From contig NC_068987.1 in NCBI RefSeq assembly GCF_001194135.2, forward strand, positions 76,886,753 to 76,950,752: DNA of 64,000 bases, in the 5' to 3' direction. Made by a program: the position numbers and the translations under genes. The notes beneath the pieces are model-generated. The model was given only the letters and a program-made list of their open reading frames with translations. It made no database searches and was not told the DNA's origin. Origin of the DNA: Octopus bimaculoides. Its lineage: Eukaryota. Every line of letters begins with the position of its first letter. Position 1 is the first letter of the stretch. Below are positions 61,626-64,000 of this stretch, in pieces.

Positions 61626-62849
61626 GAATAAATAGAAAGCAAAGTGGGAGTGGAAACTAAGGAGGGACACAGAGAAAAAAGGGAGGGGTAAGATGAATGG
61701 AGTGAAGGTTGGAGGGGAGGGTAAAGTGTTGAGTAGAGGTATGGAATAGGAAGAATTGGAGATGTGGAGTTCATGTCGAAAGGAGTGGAAAATATGGGAA
61801 TTAGAATGAAAAGGGAGAAAGAGAGAGAGAGAAGCTGTAAGAGAGAAAAGCAGAGAGAGAGAGAGAGACTGAATGAGAAACAGTGAGAGAGAGTGGCGGA
61901 GGGGGGGGCAATTGAGGGAAAGACGAAAGATGTGAAGGAATTATTTAAGGATAAAAGTATGAGTTACAGAGGCATTGTACAGACTGTAAAGAATAGAATG
62001 GAGGGGGTGGGGGATAGAGGAGATGCTATAGGTGAAAGAATAAGAGTGAGAGAGAGAGAGGGAGGGAGGGAGAGAAGAGTGAGGGAAAAGGGATGAGAAT
62101 GAAAAGAAAGGATGAAAGACACTGGAAAATAAGAGTGGAGGAATGTGTTTTCAAGAGAAAGAGGAAATGGTTTTATACCAATAAAGGTGAAGAGAAGATA
62201 TATGAATATATATAAAGGGAGAAAGAGAGAGAAGGGGAGGGCAGGAAGAGAGAGTAATTGATTTGAGAGAGAGAGAGAGAGAGATTAGATGGAAAGAACA
62301 ATGGTTGAAAGAAAGAGAGAATAAGTGAAAGTAAGACAGAAGGAGAGAGCAAATAACAGAATGAAAGAAAGGGAAAAAAAAAAAAAATTTTCAAAAGGAA
62401 GAAATAATGAAATAAAGGAAGAAAAATATGAAGAATAAGGAATGACAACATTAAAATGGGATACGGAAGGATGTAGAAATGGAAAGAGAGGCGCTGGCGG
62501 CGAGGAATGGAGGCAGATAAAAGGTGCTGGAGTGGAATAAAGGAGAGGAAATGAAACGAGATGATGTGAAATGCAATGAAATAGAAGAAATGAAAAAAGA
62601 ACAATAAAGAGGAAGAGTTAATAAAAGGCGGTTTTCAAAAACAAAACATTTACGATGGCAACAATAAGAACTACAATATCATTGGATGAGAAACTAGGGA
62701 GAATAGTTGATGTTTCTTTCCCAAGAAACATCAACTAGAGCAATATTGATTTCTAAAACAGGCAGAAGGCCTTAAATTTTAGCGTATGATGAGGTGTATA
62801 AGTTGTTTATACCAACCCCTGTATTTGACTGTTGCTTTATTTTATCAAC

Positions 62850-63170
62850 CAAGAACCAGATTAAAACTCATAGAGGCTCTAAGCACTTAAAAGGTTTTGG
62901 TGCCCCGATATGTATAATTCAAAATATAAACAGTAAGAAGCCATGAAATAAATATTTAATCTTCAAAATGAAATGAAGCTAATAGTAAGATGGAAAATAA
63001 TGTTTATTTTTGTATGTTTCCACTTTATTTATATTTGGAAAGTTTTCTCCTACTTTTTTTCATTTGCAAAGTCTTTGATCAGATCCTCAAAATTAATCTC
63101 ATGTAACACATTTGCTTCTATACTTAGAAGAGATAAGGCATATCGAATGAGTTTAAAGTGCCATAAACCA
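62850..63170 (-). pseudogene. hAT transposase C-terminal (dimerisation domain) remnant with adjacent element end
   Basis: ALSLLSIEANVLHEINFEDLIKDFANEKK resembles the hAT LALLSIE..I...IDF..II..FA motif; a putative terminus ccagattaaaactcatagaggctctaagcac lies at ~62855. Confidence 0.7.
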
Positions 63171-63562
63171 TTTACCATTTCTGTGGTGCCTTCACTTTTC
63201 CTTGATACCCTAAGCACCTGCTTATTTTCCTTAATCAATAATCAATGCTGTATCAACCCCCACCAGAAGGATGAAAGAAAAATTTGATGTCACTCATGTG
63301 AATTGAAACCAGAGTCTAAAGTTATGCTGCTAAACAACACAAATTATAATAGTCGTTGCTCTACCAATTTTGCCATTCTATCAACAGGAGGGTGTACCTT
63401 GATACATCTTCACCATCGTCTTCTCTGCTCCATTCTTCATTTTTCAAAATGGGGCTATCCATGTATCTCCTCCACAGCAAGACACCTGTCCTTCTAATCC
63501 TACCTCAACCTCTCATCACTGAGCATAAAGTGACCTCCTCCACTACTCGTCATCCAAAATGG

Positions 63563-63952
63563 TGGTGAGCTGGCTGAATTGTTAGAACAACCAGAAAAAA
63601 TACTAAGTGGAATTTTATCAGTCCTTATGTTCCAAGTTCAAATTCCACTGAGGTTGACTTTGCCTTTCATCCTTTCAGAATCAATTAAATAAATACCAGT
63701 TGAGTACTGGGGTTGATGTACTCAACTAGCACCCTCCCCCAAATTCAGGCCTTGTGCCTATAATAGAAAGAATTATTATTATTATTATTATTATTATTAT
63801 TGTTGTTGTTGTTGTTCAAATTCTGTCGAAGTCAGCTTTGCCTTTCATCCTTTCAGGGTCGATGAATTAAGTACCAGCCGCGTACTGAGGTCGATATCTA
63901 ATCAACTGGCCCCCTTCCCAAAAATTTTGGGCTGTATGCCTAGAATTGAAAA

Positions 63953-63989
<37 letters not shown>

Positions 63990-63990
63990 G
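63563..63990 (+). mobile_element. Two tandem family C SINEs (ATT-tail subtype)
   Basis: 63563-63780 and 63815-63955, each ending gaaa(g/c)attattattatt...gttgttgtt. Confidence 0.85.
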
Positions 63991-64000
63991 TTGTTGTTGT

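Larger units (their letters stand above)
59960..62620 (+). repeat. Long purine-rich (GA-rich) low-complexity tracts flanking the SINE A cluster
   Basis: 59960-60400 and 61630-62620 are overwhelmingly A/G on the + strand. Confidence 0.8.

Noticed and set aside
1-64000. CRISPR arrays, operons or other prokaryotic systems
   Set aside because: No constant repeat with unique spacers and no gene-dense region; the sequence is eukaryotic repeat-rich DNA.

Overview
AT-rich eukaryotic DNA with many assembly gaps (about 20 N-runs), saturated with microsatellites and interspersed repeats. The repeat families look like those I recall from Octopus (coleoid cephalopod) assemblies; this attribution is an inference. 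I found no supportable host protein-coding exon. Nearly all long ORFs in the track are N-gap or microsatellite artefacts. The real coding remnants are all transposon-derived: a maT-type (DD37D) Tc1/mariner, an internally deleted mariner, the 3' end of an RTE LINE, an R4/Dong-like restriction-like-endonuclease LINE fragment, and a hAT C-terminus. At least four short-repeat families are present: three tRNA-headed SINEs (called A, C and D here) and family B, the RTE 3' region. The most striking object is a ~560-bp fold-back insertion at 48623-49186. It is flanked by a 10-15-bp target-site duplication. It has a truncated tRNA-like Pol III head at its centre and, in each arm, a minimal Penelope-type hammerhead ribozyme motif. 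It is a candidate tRNA-headed, ribozyme-bearing non-autonomous retroelement. Also notable are a second unrelated fold-back element (18103-18715), a tRNA-Thr(CGT)-like gene in a ~297-bp tandem unit, and an RTE 3' UTR carrying a motif I associate with RTE 5' UTRs.
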